From Eledone cirrhosa (Eukaryota), in the NCBI GenBank assembly GCA_964016885.1, contig OZ024743.1:315146001-315210000 (forward strand): 64,000 nucleotides of DNA, written 5' to 3'. A model generated the notes under the pieces. That model worked only from the letters and a program-made list of their open reading frames with translations, was not told the DNA's origin and searched no databases. Shown here piece after piece: positions 41,775 through 55,525 of this stretch; position 1 is the stretch's first letter, and each line of letters opens with the position of its first letter. A program made the translations under genes and the position numbers.

Positions 41775-42466
41775 GGTGGCTGCCAACTCGTTTTCGAGTA
41801 CGGCCACCACTTTATATCCATGTAGGAGAACCCCTACCGATGCGCTGAACGAGTGTGACTTTCCATTCCAGCCAGCGACTTGAAAACTCTGGTACAAACA
41901 CTACACCTGTGACAATTACTGACACATAGTGCTGGGCCCATGTTACCATGTGATGACAACTGAAGAGAGATCTCCAGCTATAAAGCAATGCCTGTGCCGT
42001 GAAGCTTTTATAGTGAGCAAAGGCACTGCACAAAGCCAGTCCCACTCTCTTAACCAAGATGATATTTACCAAAAGGAAGAACAAGTCAACATCATTGGAT
42101 ACCATCAGGGTTGCAGGTGTTATATCAGAGTTTTCCTTCTAGAATTCATATAAGTAAATTCCAGAGTATAACGGGGGGAAACCAATGTTAAAAGTGGTAC
42201 TCAAAACGTGTTTAGAGTATAGGCATCTTTATTGTAAATAAAAACGAGAGCTAAAGAAGTAGAACTCTATCATTCTTGTGTGTGGGGGGAAGGGTTGCGC
42301 GGGGGGGGGGGGGGTCTGATATGTGTTTGTGTGTGTATATTCATAGTACCTGTCAAAAACGACAAGGTTTGTAGTAAAAAGTAATGGGCTTTTTGGTGCA
42401 CCTGGTTTTTTACCACACTTCCTTCATTATATATGTATTTATATATATATATATATTTATATATAC

Positions 42467-42526
<60 letters not shown>

Positions 42527-42664
42527 AATGAAATGGAATGGGTTGGACCTCTGTGTGGTATTCGATGATATGTTTCCATTTGTTTGATCAAGAAAGTTCC
42601 CTGCATATCTCCCTCCCATTCGTCATTCTATTAGTTATTATTAGTTATTATCATTATTACTATT

Positions 42665-43160
42665 AAAGGCGGTGGATTGTCAGTATCGGTAGCGGAACGG
42701 ACGCCATGCTTTGAAGCATAGAGTTACCTCCCTGTATGATCTGAGTTCAAATCCCGCCGAGGTTAACTTTGCCTTTCATCCTTACGGGGTCGATAAAATA
42801 AAGTACCAGTAATGCACTGAGTTATTGCTGGCCTTGTGCTTAAAGTAGAAACAATTATTACTATCATTAATATTATTATTGGCAGTATAGGTAGAGAGTC
42901 GGACAACATGCTTTACAGCATAGAGTTATGGCCTTTTATGGCGTCGATAAAATAAAGCACCAGCAATGCACTGGTGTCGATATGATCATGTATTCCCTCT
43001 CCATGGCTAAAGTAGAAACAAATATTCTTATACTGAATTCTAATCCGCTGATGTTAGTTTTGCCTTTTATCCTTACAGAGTCGATAAACTATAAGTCAAT
43101 ACCGCAATGGTTCGTTTCGATCGACATTCCCGTCCCCAAAATAGTTGGCATTGTTCCTAA
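42665..43160 (+). mobile_element. S1 SINE plus adjacent SINE fragments; further S1 copies at 55690-55870(-), 57045-57250, 57268-57456 and 61822-61992(-)
   Basis: Same body as 10225-10616. The 57268 copy is flanked by a tatagtgaa duplication. Confidence 0.85.
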
Positions 43161-43659
43161 GTCAGAAACCATTATTATTATTTAATAGGAAGCACACAAA
43201 CCGACGTAGGATAATGCTTCGTGATTACTGAAGTGATGAGAACGTAAGAGGCGACACAGTAATACCCATATATCGCACAAAACGCTCCCGGGAAGTGGAA
43301 CAAAACCAAGGGATCAAAAAATATGTATATAAATACTTCTGTGTAACTTTAATCACAGTTCATGGAGTATTTGACGTTCATAAAAAACACAACCTGCAGC
43401 AAAATTGTAAATTAGAAAGGTATTTTTGGCAGCAGGGAATATTGGAAGAATTATTATAAAACATGGAGTAATTTAGTTTGGAAACTATATTGAAAAAAAA
43501 TTGAAAGAATAAATAATAAATGTGACATTTACTATGTTGTTATTTTTTATTTAGATTTTTTTTATTTTCGATTAAAACACAAAATAGATATATAGATAGA
43601 GTGAGAGAGAATTACAAAATGACAGGCAAACAGAAGAGTAGATAGATAGATAGATAGAT

Positions 43660-46600
43660 ATATTTCTTTTATTTGCCACTAGGGCATCAAAAGTGGGACA
43701 AGTACAAAGGGGGGAGTTTACACAAAAAGGCGTCCTCAATAAGGAGGAGGCAATAACAAAATATAAAAATAAAATAAGATATAACAAAAAATAAAATTTT
43801 TAACAAAATCCTCAATAGAGAGGAGGCGCCTTGGGGGGGTCGCACACACCCCCGAAAAAAGTGTGCAACCCTTCTCCTCAGGAGCACAGAGAAGGGGTGC
43901 TCCCTTGGTCTTTCATCTTCCTCACCTATAGTCTGATGTAGAGTGAAGGCCCATTCACACGGGCCATTCTCGCCACTTTCACCCATCTTTCATAGAAACG
44001 GCTGGGGTGCAGCACCTCTCTCTCCATCCTGATCCTTCTTCCGAAATGATATCGGAAGAAACGGACCAGTTGTTGGCCAGAGAGAAAGGTGCCCGACCTC
44101 AGTCCTTTCAGACGCGTCCACCATACAACCTCTTTCGCCATGGCTATTACGCACAGAAACACCGCCTCTGCTTCATCTTTGAAGGGGGGAGGCGGCTTGA
44201 TCATTACAATAGACTCGGTGGTCAACCGGATCGGTCCCACCCTTGACAGCAGTTGTTCGACATAGCCCCACAGATCGGCTACGCCCGAGCAGTGTACTAA
44301 TGCGTGTGCAACGGTTTCCTCGTCGCACACGCATCTGGGACAGATCTTTTTGGCGGGGTCCCTACCCGGGCGCCCGTGTCTGTAGAGCCTTTCTCGAACG
44401 GGTAAAGCCCCTCGGTAGCACTGCCAGGCCAGGGACTTCTGGAAGTTGTCCATAGGTCCCGGGCTGAATGTCCTACCGAAAAGGCTGGCCAGTTCGTCCT
44501 CCTCCATGTCTAGGGCTTCTCCGAGGGCGTCGTCGCACCTGCTGCGTACCAGCCCTCTATAGAATGTTGCGGTGGAGTCTCCACTGATAACCGGATCCGC
44601 CTGCCAGAGGGCGGTGAGCGCCTGGGCACACTCAGTGTGCCAGGCGCCCAGTTTTCTCGGTCTTTGCTTGACCCAGGATTGCAGCTCGGTGAGTGAGACG
44701 AGTCTGGGAAAGGTTCGTCTCACAAACGAGGCCCACACCGGTTGTCCGGTGAGGAATACGTAGAGGTGCCGTAGCCTTAATGCGTGTTTACGCATCATTA
44801 GCCACGGCATCCCCAGCCCTCCTTTCGAAGGGTGTTGACAGCAGATGGATCTCCTCACCATAGGAGCCCGCCTCTTCCAAAGGAATTGGAAGAGCGCGCG
44901 CTCCATCTTGGTGAGGGTTTCCCTTGGGCAGGGCACTACGGTCAGGCGGTAGTAGATGACGGACGCTATGTAGGTGTTCGCCACCTCCGCCCGACCTTTC
45001 AGGGATAGTTTGCAACTGGCCCACTTCTGGGTCAGTGCAAACACTCTGTTCGTAACCTCCGCCCAGTTTTTCTCCACCTGGAGGTCCGGTCCGAACCAGA
45101 CCCCGAGCAACTTCACCGGGCCCTCCGTCCAGCGTCCGACGACGCTATCGGAGGGCATCGGTCTGCCCCTCCACGTGCCGAGTTGCAAACCGATCGACTT
45201 GTCCCGGTTCAGCTTAGCCCCTGTGAACTTTTCGTACTCCTCCAGTAAGGTGCCGACCGCCTCGATTTCGGAGGCCGTCGACACCATTACTGTCACGTCA
45301 TCGGCGTAGGCCGACACCGCTTTCCGCAATCCCGGTTCCAAAGGGATGCCCTGCAACAACTCCAACTTCCGCAGTAGTGGCTCGAGAGTCAATACATACA
45401 GAAGGGAGGAGAGAGGGCACCCTTGTCGGATGGACCGCGCGATTTTGAACGGCTCCGAGAGGTAGCCGTTCACCTTGACCCTAGAGCAGATGCGGCTGTT
45501 GTGCATAGCAGTGATCCAGCCCCTGAAAACGGGTCCGAAGCCTGCCGCCGCTAGCACCGCATCCAGGTAACCATGGTCGACCCTATCGAACGCCTTAGAT
45601 TGATCCAAGTTGATCAGAGCCCCACCAAAGCCGGGTTCGTTCCCAACCCTCTCTATGATGTATCGCATGAGGTGGAGGTTGTCATGGATGGACCTGGACG
45701 GGATAGCGCATGTCTGCGCATCTCCCACCAGGTTGCCCACGACAAGCGCCAACCTCTTTGCTAGCACCTTGGCCAAAATCTGTAACTCTGTATTTAGCAG
45801 TGTTATGGGCCTGAAGTTACTTATTTCGTCCCCCTTGTTCTCGTCCTTCCTCACTAGCGTGACTACGCCCTTGGTCACAGTACAGGGAATTCTCCCGTTC
45901 TGTTGCCAGTTGCAGTAGACCGCCTCGAGGAGATCGGGGAACAAGTCCGGCATAGCTAGATATAATTCGTAAGGAAGACCATCGAGACCCGGGGATTTGC
46001 GTTTGCCGCATTGGCTCAGCACGTCCTCTATCTCAGCGGCCGAAATCGGCTCCTCGCAGGACTTCGCCTCCCTGTCCGAGAGGCGCGGCAGGCCGTCGAG
46101 GTATGGACCGAAGTCCACGTTCCCAACCGGCTCCCCGCCCCTCCCGAACAGTCGGGCAAAGTGCCTTTGAAAGGCCTCACACATCTGCTTAGGCTCAAGA
46201 ATCGCCCGTCCATCCAGGTCTCGCAAAGACCGGATGGTGGATTTAGTTCCACTGTTGGCCTCTGTCACGCGGGCCCAGCTAACAGCTTTGGTCCCCTCGT
46301 TCCCTAGAGCACGTATTTTACTTCGGACAACGCAGCCTTCGTGCTTCGCGTCGAAAAACTGGCTCAAAGCCGTTCTCGACGCTAGCACTCTGGCCACGTC
46401 GCCGCTTCTAATTGCCTCTTCTACTCTATCTATTAGCTCCCTTTCCTTCCTATTCCTATCCGCAGCTAGAACCTTACTAAATTCTATCGAGACTACTCTA
46501 ATCTCTCTCTTTAGAGATACCCACCACCTGCTGTTGACGATCGCTCCAGTCAACCGTTCCTTAACTAACGTACTAATCCGATTCCTGTAGGCTCTACTTG

Positions 46601-47686
46601 CCGGCAAGGACAAGTTGAGCTTCCAGTAACCGGGGCCCTGTCTATGAGTTCTGTCAAGGTTGACCATGCAGGTCACTAATTTGTGGTCTGAATAGCCAAC
46701 AATGCGCATTTTTGGACAACTTAAAAAGTCCTTATCCTTAATTCTAACTAAGAACCTATCTAGGTACGACCTAGATGATCCGCTACGATTTGCCCAAGTC
46801 CAGGTTGGCGCAGTCGGAAAATCTAGTCGATATCTATCGGCCAGGTCAAATCGACCGATTAACCCTTTGAGGCTATTACACCCCTCTCTATCGGGGCAGG
46901 CCCCTACGTAGTCCCAGCGTGCATCTAGGATACCATTCCAGTCCCCCACTAATAGCAAGGAGCGGGACGTCCCTAGAAAAGTCTCCAGACGATGGAAGAA
47001 GTCCGGCCGCATTGACCCGAAAGGGCCGTAGGCGGCTACCAACCTAAACGCTCCGCCTTTACCACTGCCAAGGTCCAGAACCACTAGTCGACCCTCCGGG
47101 TCCAAATGTACCATCTGTGTTGCGAGACCCAGATGTTTTTGCAGCAGAACGACAACTCCACCCCCACCTCCAGGCTGACAGAGAGATGCGTGCATCTCAA
47201 AGTCATCAAAGGTGGGGGCCAGCTGTCGCACGTTGCTGATCCGGGCCTCGCAAATAACCATCACATCTATACGTTGTGACCTGAGGTCATTTAGAAGCAT
47301 TGCTTGCTTCCAAGTTGAGCCCAGGCCACGCGCATTTAAACAGCCTACTCTTAGCATAGCCATGTTGGTGGTGAAGAGAAAAGGCACTTACCTCTCTGCG
47401 TCCCGGGTATCGGGCTGCACAATTTCCATTAGGGTGGGGGATGAGTTGTTGGGTGGGGTGGTGGTTTGTGGAAGTGTGGGGGCATCAGTGTGTTGTGTGG
47501 TTGGGGAGCTTGGAGTTGTGAGGGTGTTTGGGGAGGGGGTGGGATAGTTTTTTAGGAGGACTCGGTTAATGGGCCCGACGCAGGGGGGACCCACGTCCTC
47601 TTTAAAATTGTTTTTTAAAGTTTTATAGGTGTCCTGTGGGGCCTTAATCATTTTGAGGTGGGGGAAATCCCCTGCCTGGGTGAAGT
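43660..47686 (-). mobile_element. Tx1-type LINE (copy C), 5'-truncated within ORF1
   Basis: Intact ORF2, ORF1 C-terminal remnant 47686->47388, (GATA)n on both flanks. Confidence 0.95.
43926..47363 (-). CDS. Tx1-type LINE ORF2: APE endonuclease, reverse transcriptase and C-terminal CCHC; ~1145 aa from the first ATG
   Basis: Uninterrupted ORF with NARGL, GDWN, YLDRF, SDH (EN); DQSKAFDRV, RQGCPLS, YADD, LLGV (RT); CPRC..ETVAHALVHC. Confidence 0.96.
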   Translation of the reverse strand: MAMLRVGCLNARGLGSTWKQAMLLNDLRSQRIDVMVICEARISNVRQLAPTFDDFEMHASLCQPGGGGGVVVLLQKHLGLATQMVHLDPEGRLVVLDLGSGKGGAFRLVAAYGPFGSMRPDFFHRLETFLGTSRSLLLVGDWNGILDARWDYVGACPDREGCNSLKGLIGRFDLADRYRLDFPTAPTWTWANRSGSSRSYLDRFLVRIKDKDFLSCPKMRIVGYSDHKLVTCMVNLDRTHRQGPGYWKLNLSLPASRAYRNRISTLVKERLTGAIVNSRWWVSLKREIRVVSIEFSKVLAADRNRKERELIDRVEEAIRSGDVARVLASRTALSQFFDAKHEGCVVRSKIRALGNEGTKAVSWARVTEANSGTKSTIRSLRDLDGRAILEPKQMCEAFQRHFARLFGRGGEPVGNVDFGPYLDGLPRLSDREAKSCEEPISAAEIEDVLSQCGKRKSPGLDGLPYELYLAMPDLFPDLLEAVYCNWQQNGRIPCTVTKGVVTLVRKDENKGDEISNFRPITLLNTELQILAKVLAKRLALVVGNLVGDAQTCAIPSRSIHDNLHLMRYIIERVGNEPGFGGALINLDQSKAFDRVDHGYLDAVLAAAGFGPVFRGWITAMHNSRICSRVKVNGYLSEPFKIARSIRQGCPLSSLLYVLTLEPLLRKLELLQGIPLEPGLRKAVSAYADDVTVMVSTASEIEAVGTLLEEYEKFTGAKLNRDKSIGLQLGTWRGRPMPSDSVVGRWTEGPVKLLGVWFGPDLQVEKNWAEVTNRVFALTQKWASCKLSLKGRAEVANTYIASVIYYRLTVVPCPRETLTKMERALFQFLWKRRAPMVRRSICCQHPSKGGLGMPWLMMRKHALRLRHLYVFLTGQPVWASFVRRTFPRLVSLTELQSWVKQRPRKLGAWHTECAQALTALWQADPVISGDSTATFYRGLVRSRCDDALGEALDMEEDELASLFGRTFSPGPMDNFQKSLAWQCYRGALPVRERLYRHGRPGRDPAKKICPRCVCDEETVAHALVHCSGVADLWGYVEQLLSRVGPIRLTTESIVMIKPPPPFKDEAEAVFLCVIAMAKEVVWWTRLKGLRSGTFLSGQQLVRFFRYHFGRRIRMEREVLHPSRFYERWVKVARMARVNGPSLYIRL

Positions 47687-47737
<51 letters not shown>

Positions 47738-47739
<2 letters not shown>

Positions 47740-48327
47740 TTCTTTATTAGCCACAAGGGCGCAACAAGAAAGGGGACAATACAAAGACATGCCGGGGATT
47801 TTACATACAGTCGTGTAAAAAATATAAAAACAAACAATTTCAACAATCGAAATCCCCAATAGGGGGGAGGCGCCACAATTGGGTTGTTTAATACCCCGTC
47901 GATAGAACAACCCTCAACTCGAGGAGCGTGTTGTGCAAGTGCTCCTTTCTTCCTTTTGCTCTCTTCCTCAACCTACAGGCTTATAAACAGAGAAGGCCCA
48001 ATCACTCGGGCCATTTTCGCTTCATTCACCCACCTTTCAGTAAATTTACTGGGGTGCAGTGCCTCTCTCTCCACCCTGATTCTCCTTCTAAAGTGATACT
48101 TAAAGAAGGGAATCAATTGTTGTCCGGAGAGAAAGGCATCTGTCCTCAGTCCTCTCAACCTCGTCCACCATATAACTTCTTTCACCATAGCCACCGTACA
48201 GAGGAAAACCGGCTCTCTTTCGCTTTTGAAAGAGTCTGGCGGTTTGATCCTTACTATGGACTCGGCAGTCAACTGTATTTGTCCCATACGCGACAGCAGT
48301 TGTTCTGCATAGTTCCACAGGTCGCTT
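47738..48327 (-). mobile_element. Short 3' fragment of a related Tx1 (copy D)
   Basis: DLWNYAEQLLSR...WWTRLRGLR...KMARVIGPSLFISL plus 3'UTR; (GATA)n at 47687-47738 and 48329-48404. Confidence 0.93.
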
Positions 48328-48405
<78 letters not shown>

Positions 48406-48527
48406 GGATTGATAGATAGATGCAAGGATAGGTAGATAGATGTGTGTATGCAAGCAAGTACAGGTAGATAGAAGCTTAGATAGGTAGATAGATGGGTGAA
48501 TAGGTAAAACCATGAAGGGATGGAGGT

Positions 48528-48560
<33 letters not shown>

Positions 48561-48861
48561 GCTAATGAACGAGGGAGATAAGAGTGAGCGAGAGAGAGAT
48601 TGAGAGAGAGAGAGGTTGAGAGAGAGAGAAGGGGAGAGATGGGAAAAGAGAGAGAGGGGTATATGATTATTATATACATACGTCTTACAAGTTCTATCGA
48701 AAATATATTTTGGTGTAAAATTTCCTCACAGAAATAAATGATGGTAAATATATGTAATTTCATTGCAGCAATATAACAATATGTAAGGATGGTAGAATAA
48801 GTGGTTCGTGAAGACTGGTTGTATATCGACATAGAAATACACGCAGACACACACACACCTA

Positions 48862-48952
<91 letters not shown>

Positions 48953-49092
48953 GTATATTTGTATGTGTGAGTATCAATAGATATTTATGTGTATATAAAC
49001 ATATATATGTGCATATATATATGTATATATACACATAAATAGCTATTGATACTCACACATACACACACACACATATACGTGTATATATATAA

Positions 49093-49144
<52 letters not shown>

Positions 49145-49196
49145 TTATGTGTGTATATATATACATATATGCATATATGGTGATGTATATATGTAC

Positions 49197-49269
<73 letters not shown>

Positions 49270-49429
49270 ATTGTGTGTTCGTATTAAATATGAAACTTAT
49301 CAGAACGAGTGTGAGGAAAAACGTGAGAGAGAGAGATAGAGCGAGGGGTTAGAGGAAATTAAGGGAGTTAACAAGCTGCTATTGGCTTTTGTCGACAAGG
49401 AGGAGAGTGGCTTCCCTTGAGTGTTAATA

Positions 49430-49817
49430 TACTCTCGGGTCTAGAATAATACACCCCACCACCACCCGCTTATTAATTTTTCAGAATTTTTACCAAGCCA
49501 GCACTCTGATTTCAACCTCGCCCCTCTTGCTTATTAATTTTTGCTAATGTGTCTCCGGCCAAATTTTATTTTAAGTAGTATCATTCTTGGGATAATTAAT
49601 TTTCTTTAGACATTAATAAAATATTATGTGACAAAAAAGAACGTTACCAGAAATCCCTTACTATATAAAATAAATAGGACGGGTTGGGGTCTTAATATGT
49701 AAACTAAATAACTAGTTTGGGGGTTGTTCTTTCAAAAAAATCAAGGGAGACAACCTAAAAAAAAATTTTTTCCATTCCCGTTTATCACCACCACCCCGTT
49801 ATTGGGACCCGAGAGTA
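49430..49817. mobile_element. MITE with short TIRs and TA ends (Tc1/mariner-pogo type)
   Basis: tactctcgggtc..aataa / ttattgggacccgagagta; internal repeated gcttattaattttt. Confidence 0.75.
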
Positions 49818-50107
49818 ATTGCTATGGTATTTTAATACCCTGTATGACGAGAATGAAGAAGCGATACTGTAGAAGAAAGAATGCTTAAAGTGAATATTAT
49901 TCACAACATAATTGGCATCACATACTAGGTGATGCTTTTGTGAACTATCAATCTTGAACTGTCTATAACACTTTCTTCCTTTCTATATCTGTCTATGTCT
50001 GTTTCTGTTCTCTGTTTAGGAGCTGATTGGCGCGTGAGTGTGTGTTTCTGCTTATTTCTCTGTATTTCTCTTATTTCTCTGTTTACCTGTCTGTCGGTCT
50101 ATCTATT

Positions 50108-50233
<126 letters not shown>

Positions 50234-50722
50234 ATATTATAAAATAACTGGAGGCTGAACAGATAAAATCCATTTGGATGAAAATCAGAGACAAGAGGAC
50301 GACCGACTATTTACCAGCTTCTACCACAGTTGGCCGCCTTCCCCGTGGTGAACCAACAAACCTAAATAAATATGTATATATATATATATTAGAAAGTGAG
50401 GTTTCTTTACAAAATGAAAAATAACCGAGGTGTCCTACACGAGTGAAAGTATAAAGAAAAAAAGATGAAATCGGAAATGCAACTGGAGTCTTATTTTTAA
50501 AAATATATATATATTTATTTGGTTCCTTTACCGGTTTCGCAGTTCTTCTGCCGTTCAAAAGTAGTGTTGAGATGGAGGGTCTGTGGTTTTTCTCACATCT
50601 TTATATATATATTATATATTTATTAAAATAACAGATTAAAGGTTAAGCAAAGAATCGCTGCTTTCACCCTTAACAGGATCTTCTGAAACTAACCTTATCG
50701 AGCCCTCTTTGGATTTTAGTCT

Positions 50723-50846
<124 letters not shown>

Positions 50847-50915
50847 GTGTGTATGTGTATCCGAATGAAACACGTCTAGTCCTGCAGAAGCCATTTCTAT
50901 ATTAAATATATATAT

Positions 50916-51270
50916 AATAAATGTAAACTGAGTTTTTCGAATATTAATAATAATAACATTCGAATCGTTTGCAATCATGCAAACAAGCCTCAATTGTATA
51001 GCCATGTCAGTAGAATGAACACTGCATTCTTGCTCTGACAGTTTGGCATGTGAACAGTGAGCTGTACTGATGAAGGGTGCTACCCAAAAACATTAGTGTC
51101 TGCAGCTCTGTTCGCATGCCACCACAAGAGGAAGAATGAAGTGTTCTTTCTACTGACATGGCTATAAAATTGAGGCTTGTTTGCATAATTGAAAACGAAT
51201 CGAATGTTATTATTAATATTGGAAAAACTCAGATTACATTTATTGTGTTCAGCCATATAGAGCGAAATTT

Positions 51271-51275
<5 letters not shown>
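50916..51275 (+). mobile_element. Fold-back element with an HHR motif at the hairpin apex plus 3' tail
   Basis: 50916-51057 is inverted relative to 51107-51244. Confidence 0.8.
51059..51108 (+). ncRNA. Type I hammerhead motif with one core substitution
   Basis: GAGCTGTA-CTGATGA-A-GGGT(gct)ACCC-A-AAAA-CATTAGTG-TC-TGCAGCTC; 8-bp stem I, GUC site, GAAA changed to AAAA. Confidence 0.7.
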
Positions 51276-51331
<56 letters not shown>

Positions 51332-51414
51332 AGGGTGTTAAAGTTTGCTTGAAGCATTGTGAAATGTGTAAAATACGTAGTTTAGAAAGCCACAACATAT
51401 ATATATATATATAT

Positions 51415-52447
51415 ATATATCATAAAACATGTCTATAGAATCACCAGATAAAATATATACCATTTCCTCTCCCAATTAGCATAATTAACTATATAAAAAA
51501 TCGAATAGACCAGGCTATAAGAATAAGGCTTCTATGAAGAAATCTCCAACAAATAACCAAAATTAGCCCTTCTCGTCGGCTGCGACGGAATATTTATCGA
51601 ATATTTCGACAGCGTAATCGCCCAATATACAGTCAATTAAACAGAAGTAAAATAAACTAGGAGAAAAGAGAATACATTTATTTACCTCTACCATGGTTTC
51701 GTCCGCATTTTGAGATTTCCAATATCTTCAGAAACTCGAGCATCGGACTCTTCAGGAGTTTGCTCTAATCTAGACAATAAATTTTCCAAAGTGATCGCGC
51801 CAAGAATACATTCAAAAATGGCTAAGAATCGTGACGTAGCAGCGGTCAGGTTGGAAGGAGTGTAGTTGTTGCTTACGGCTGGTGGCTTTTTGCTAGAAAG
51901 CACAGCACAATACAGACGAATTTGTATCTCAAACAAATGGGAGATTATTACATATAAAGGTTTACATATATATATATATATATACATATACGTGTTTTGC
52001 AACGGGTCACTTGGTGGCTCAATGAAAAGTTAATAAATTAAATAATCAAAGCTATATATCATAAAACATGTCTATAGAATCACCAGATAAAATATATAAC
52101 ATTTCCTCTCCCAATTAGCATAATTAACTATATAAAAAATCTAGTAGACCAGGCTATAAGAAGAAGGCTTCTATGAAGAAATCTCCAACAAATAACCGAA
52201 ACTAGCCCTTCGCGTCGGCTGCGACGGAATATTTATCGAATATTTCGACAGCGTAATCGCCCAAGATACAGTCAATTAAACAGAATTAGGCGTAAAATAA
52301 ACTAGGAGAAAAGAGAATACATTTATTTAGAGGAAATTATATATATTTTATCTGGTGATTCTATAGACATGTTTTATGATATATAGCTCTGATTATTTAA
52401 TTTATTAACTTTTCATTGAGCCACAAAGTGACCCGTTGCAAAACACG
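51415..52447. mobile_element. PLE-like composite: direct repeats 51415-51683 / 52054-52329 and inverted segment 51993-52108 / 52329-52447
   Basis: Direct comparison; HHR between the direct repeats. Confidence 0.75.
51684..51760 (-). ncRNA. Type I hammerhead motif with long stem II
   Basis: actc-CTGAAGA-GTCCG...CGGAC-GAAA-CCATGG-TA-gag; canonical core, palindromic stem III, GUA site, short stem I. Confidence 0.7.
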
Positions 52448-52455
52448 TATATGTA

Positions 52456-52502
<47 letters not shown>

Positions 52503-52506
<4 letters not shown>

Positions 52507-52582
52507 GTTGTCTGTCGGACATATATATATATATGGGTTGGTATCTTAAAGTTATATATATATATATATATATTTAATATTC

Positions 52583-52634
<52 letters not shown>

Positions 52635-52637
52635 GTT

Positions 52638-52677
<40 letters not shown>

Positions 52678-52680
52678 AAC

Positions 52681-52722
<42 letters not shown>

Positions 52723-52802
52723 GAATATTAAATATATATATATATATATATAACTTTAAGATACCAACCCATATATATATATATGTCCGACAGACAACCT
52801 TT
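52503..52802. repeat. ~300-bp near-perfect palindrome centred on a (TA)n tract
   Basis: aaaggttgtctgtcggac...aaaggtttacatac mirrored by gtatgtaaaccttt...gtccgacagacaaccttt. Confidence 0.9.
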
Positions 52803-53895
52803 TCCCCCACCCCGGAAAAACCCCAGTTGATGGATGTGAATCCGAAATATATAAGGACTATTAAATCTCTCCCAAGGTAACTCTCTCTCTTGCGTTGTTA
52901 TTATTATTTTTATTCTTTTACTCTTCCCTTCATTCTACACATCTCACACATCTTATACACACCACGCATCTCAACGTACACCCACTTACATATCTCTCTC
53001 TCCACCACCGGACCTTGTTACCCGGAGATTTACCCATTTGCATTGTCGAGGCTTCCAAACGACTTATAAATATTTACTTATTGTTCCACAATGCTTCAAG
53101 CAAACTTCAATACTCTCTTATATATATATATATATATATATATGGGTTGGTATCTTAAAGATACTAGCTTAAATTAAAACATCGAGTGAGTGGGATGGCG
53201 ATCAAAGATTTTTCGGTCCTATACGATGGTTCATTTCAGTATTATATATATATATGTGTGTGTCTGTGAGTCTGTGCGTTTATGTAACTATGTCTCTATG
53301 TATATGTGTCAGTGTATGTAAATATGTTATCTCTCTCTTAATTTTCACTTAATTTTTGACAGACCAACTTCCCCGTGGCAAGATTATAAAGAAAGGAAAT
53401 TGTCTTTGTGAATGTATGAATGTACAAATATTCAACGCATCTACATACACATACCAGTGCTTATGCACATTCTACCACCAGCATGGCACACCTACCTGCA
53501 CACCCAACTACCTACTCATACACAACATCCATCCGATAAGTCGAGATATTTATTTCGTGAGAATAATGGTTTCTTATATAAACACAGCAATTTTATGAGA
53601 ATAATAAAATGTGTTTTATTGTATTTCTGTGCTCAATTTGTTTAATCTTGAACTATATAATTATATATCGATAGTCGATCGACAAGATCCCAGACCTCAT
53701 TCGCATAACGAGCTCATCAAATCGGACCAAGGAAACAATGTTTCCATTGGTCTTTCCAACTGCTAGTACCATCTGTCGGACACAACTCTAGGTAGAAAGA
53801 ACAATAACGAAGACATAACGCATATATATATATATGCGTTTTATATATATATATATATATATACATACATATATATATATGTGTGTGTGTGTGTG

Positions 53896-53961
<66 letters not shown>

Positions 53962-55281
53962 TTGAAGGAAATCATCAGGATAGCCCTTTCCGAGGCACAG
54001 TTGCCTCAGACTCGACTCCCCTTCAAACAACATGTGCTCTTGTGTTTTCTTTACCATTACGTCGAACTCGTGGATATACTTTCAGTTGTAAAAACACTAC
54101 CCACAAGCTCCAGGGAGTGTGGAGAAAATCAAATGTCCCTACCAAAACAAAAACAAATTCATCCACCCTTCAATTAAGAAATTGTATAAGGAGTATCAAG
54201 CACTGAAAATAAAAAAATGAAGGATGATTGACAACCTAATTACAAAGCGTGAGATTTTGAAAGGTGATTATGAGGAATTTTTGACATTGCAATTCAGGAC
54301 ATTCTCCAACGAAAGGATGCCCCATCTGATGACAAAGCTTTCCTTGAGACACAGCGGAAAGATCGGATGTGTTCATTCATGGCTGGTGTTGATGCAAAAC
54401 ATGCGAGAGCCATTCAGAAGAAGAGAAAAAAATATTCATGATATGAAAGTACGAAAATGAAAGCAGAATGAAGAAACCAAGATGTCCGAGAAAGTTCGTC
54501 ATCGAACTCAGCTATATGTTATTTATATATATATACCTATCTCTTTGCATGTACATGCTTGTGTAAGTGTCTGCATGGAATGTCTGTATGTTCATGCGTA
54601 TTACTAACTGTGAATTTACGCCGGCGTCACTACACCCTTGACCTTGTCTTTATTCGATATTGCTCCATATGTACTTGGATTTTCTAATTGATTTTTAGAG
54701 AAAAATGTTTCGAAACATATATATCATGAGAACTAGATAAGTAACTTAATCAACCACCTTTGAAGTGCTATATCCTTAAGCAAGACATTTAATTGTTCGT
54801 TGCTCTTGTTCGCTCATCTCGGAAAAAATGATTAACCATATGTGTGTTTTAGGCAGCCAATCGGTCACACGGAACTTCTCTGGGAACTACGTTTGTCAAG
54901 CTTACACGGCTCTGTGGAATATTCAGTCAAATGTATTTTAATTTCAAGATCAGGCTGTCCTGTTGATCAATCAATTGGAACATTCTTCGTCAAGGCCGGT
55001 TGTGTTTCGACGCAACAACGTATATATTGGACGAATTGTTGGCAAATAGCTTATCTATTTCAACATTAGAATTCGTATTAACATACCTTGACATTGTTAA
55101 TAGTACCTACCTAATCTAATTAAACACACTCAAATGTACTCAAATTTTAATATTCTTCATTTGTAAATCATTAAAATTACATGATTGTACCTCTAGGTAA
55201 TGGAAAACAAATTTCATTAGTTTTGAATTATAGGAAATGAGGTAAAAAATTTCGCAGCAAATTTTCAAAGTGCGTTTATAT

Positions 55282-55317
<36 letters not shown>

Positions 55318-55329
55318 CCATATATATAT

Positions 55330-55428
<99 letters not shown>

Positions 55429-55486
55429 TATATATATATATCTACACACGCGCACACATGTATATGTATATATATTTATATATATT

Positions 55487-55525
<39 letters not shown>

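Noticed and set aside
47388-48513. ORFs of 162, 150 and 137 aa crossing (GATA)n
   Set aside because: Chimeras of Tx1 fragments joined through stop-free microsatellite.
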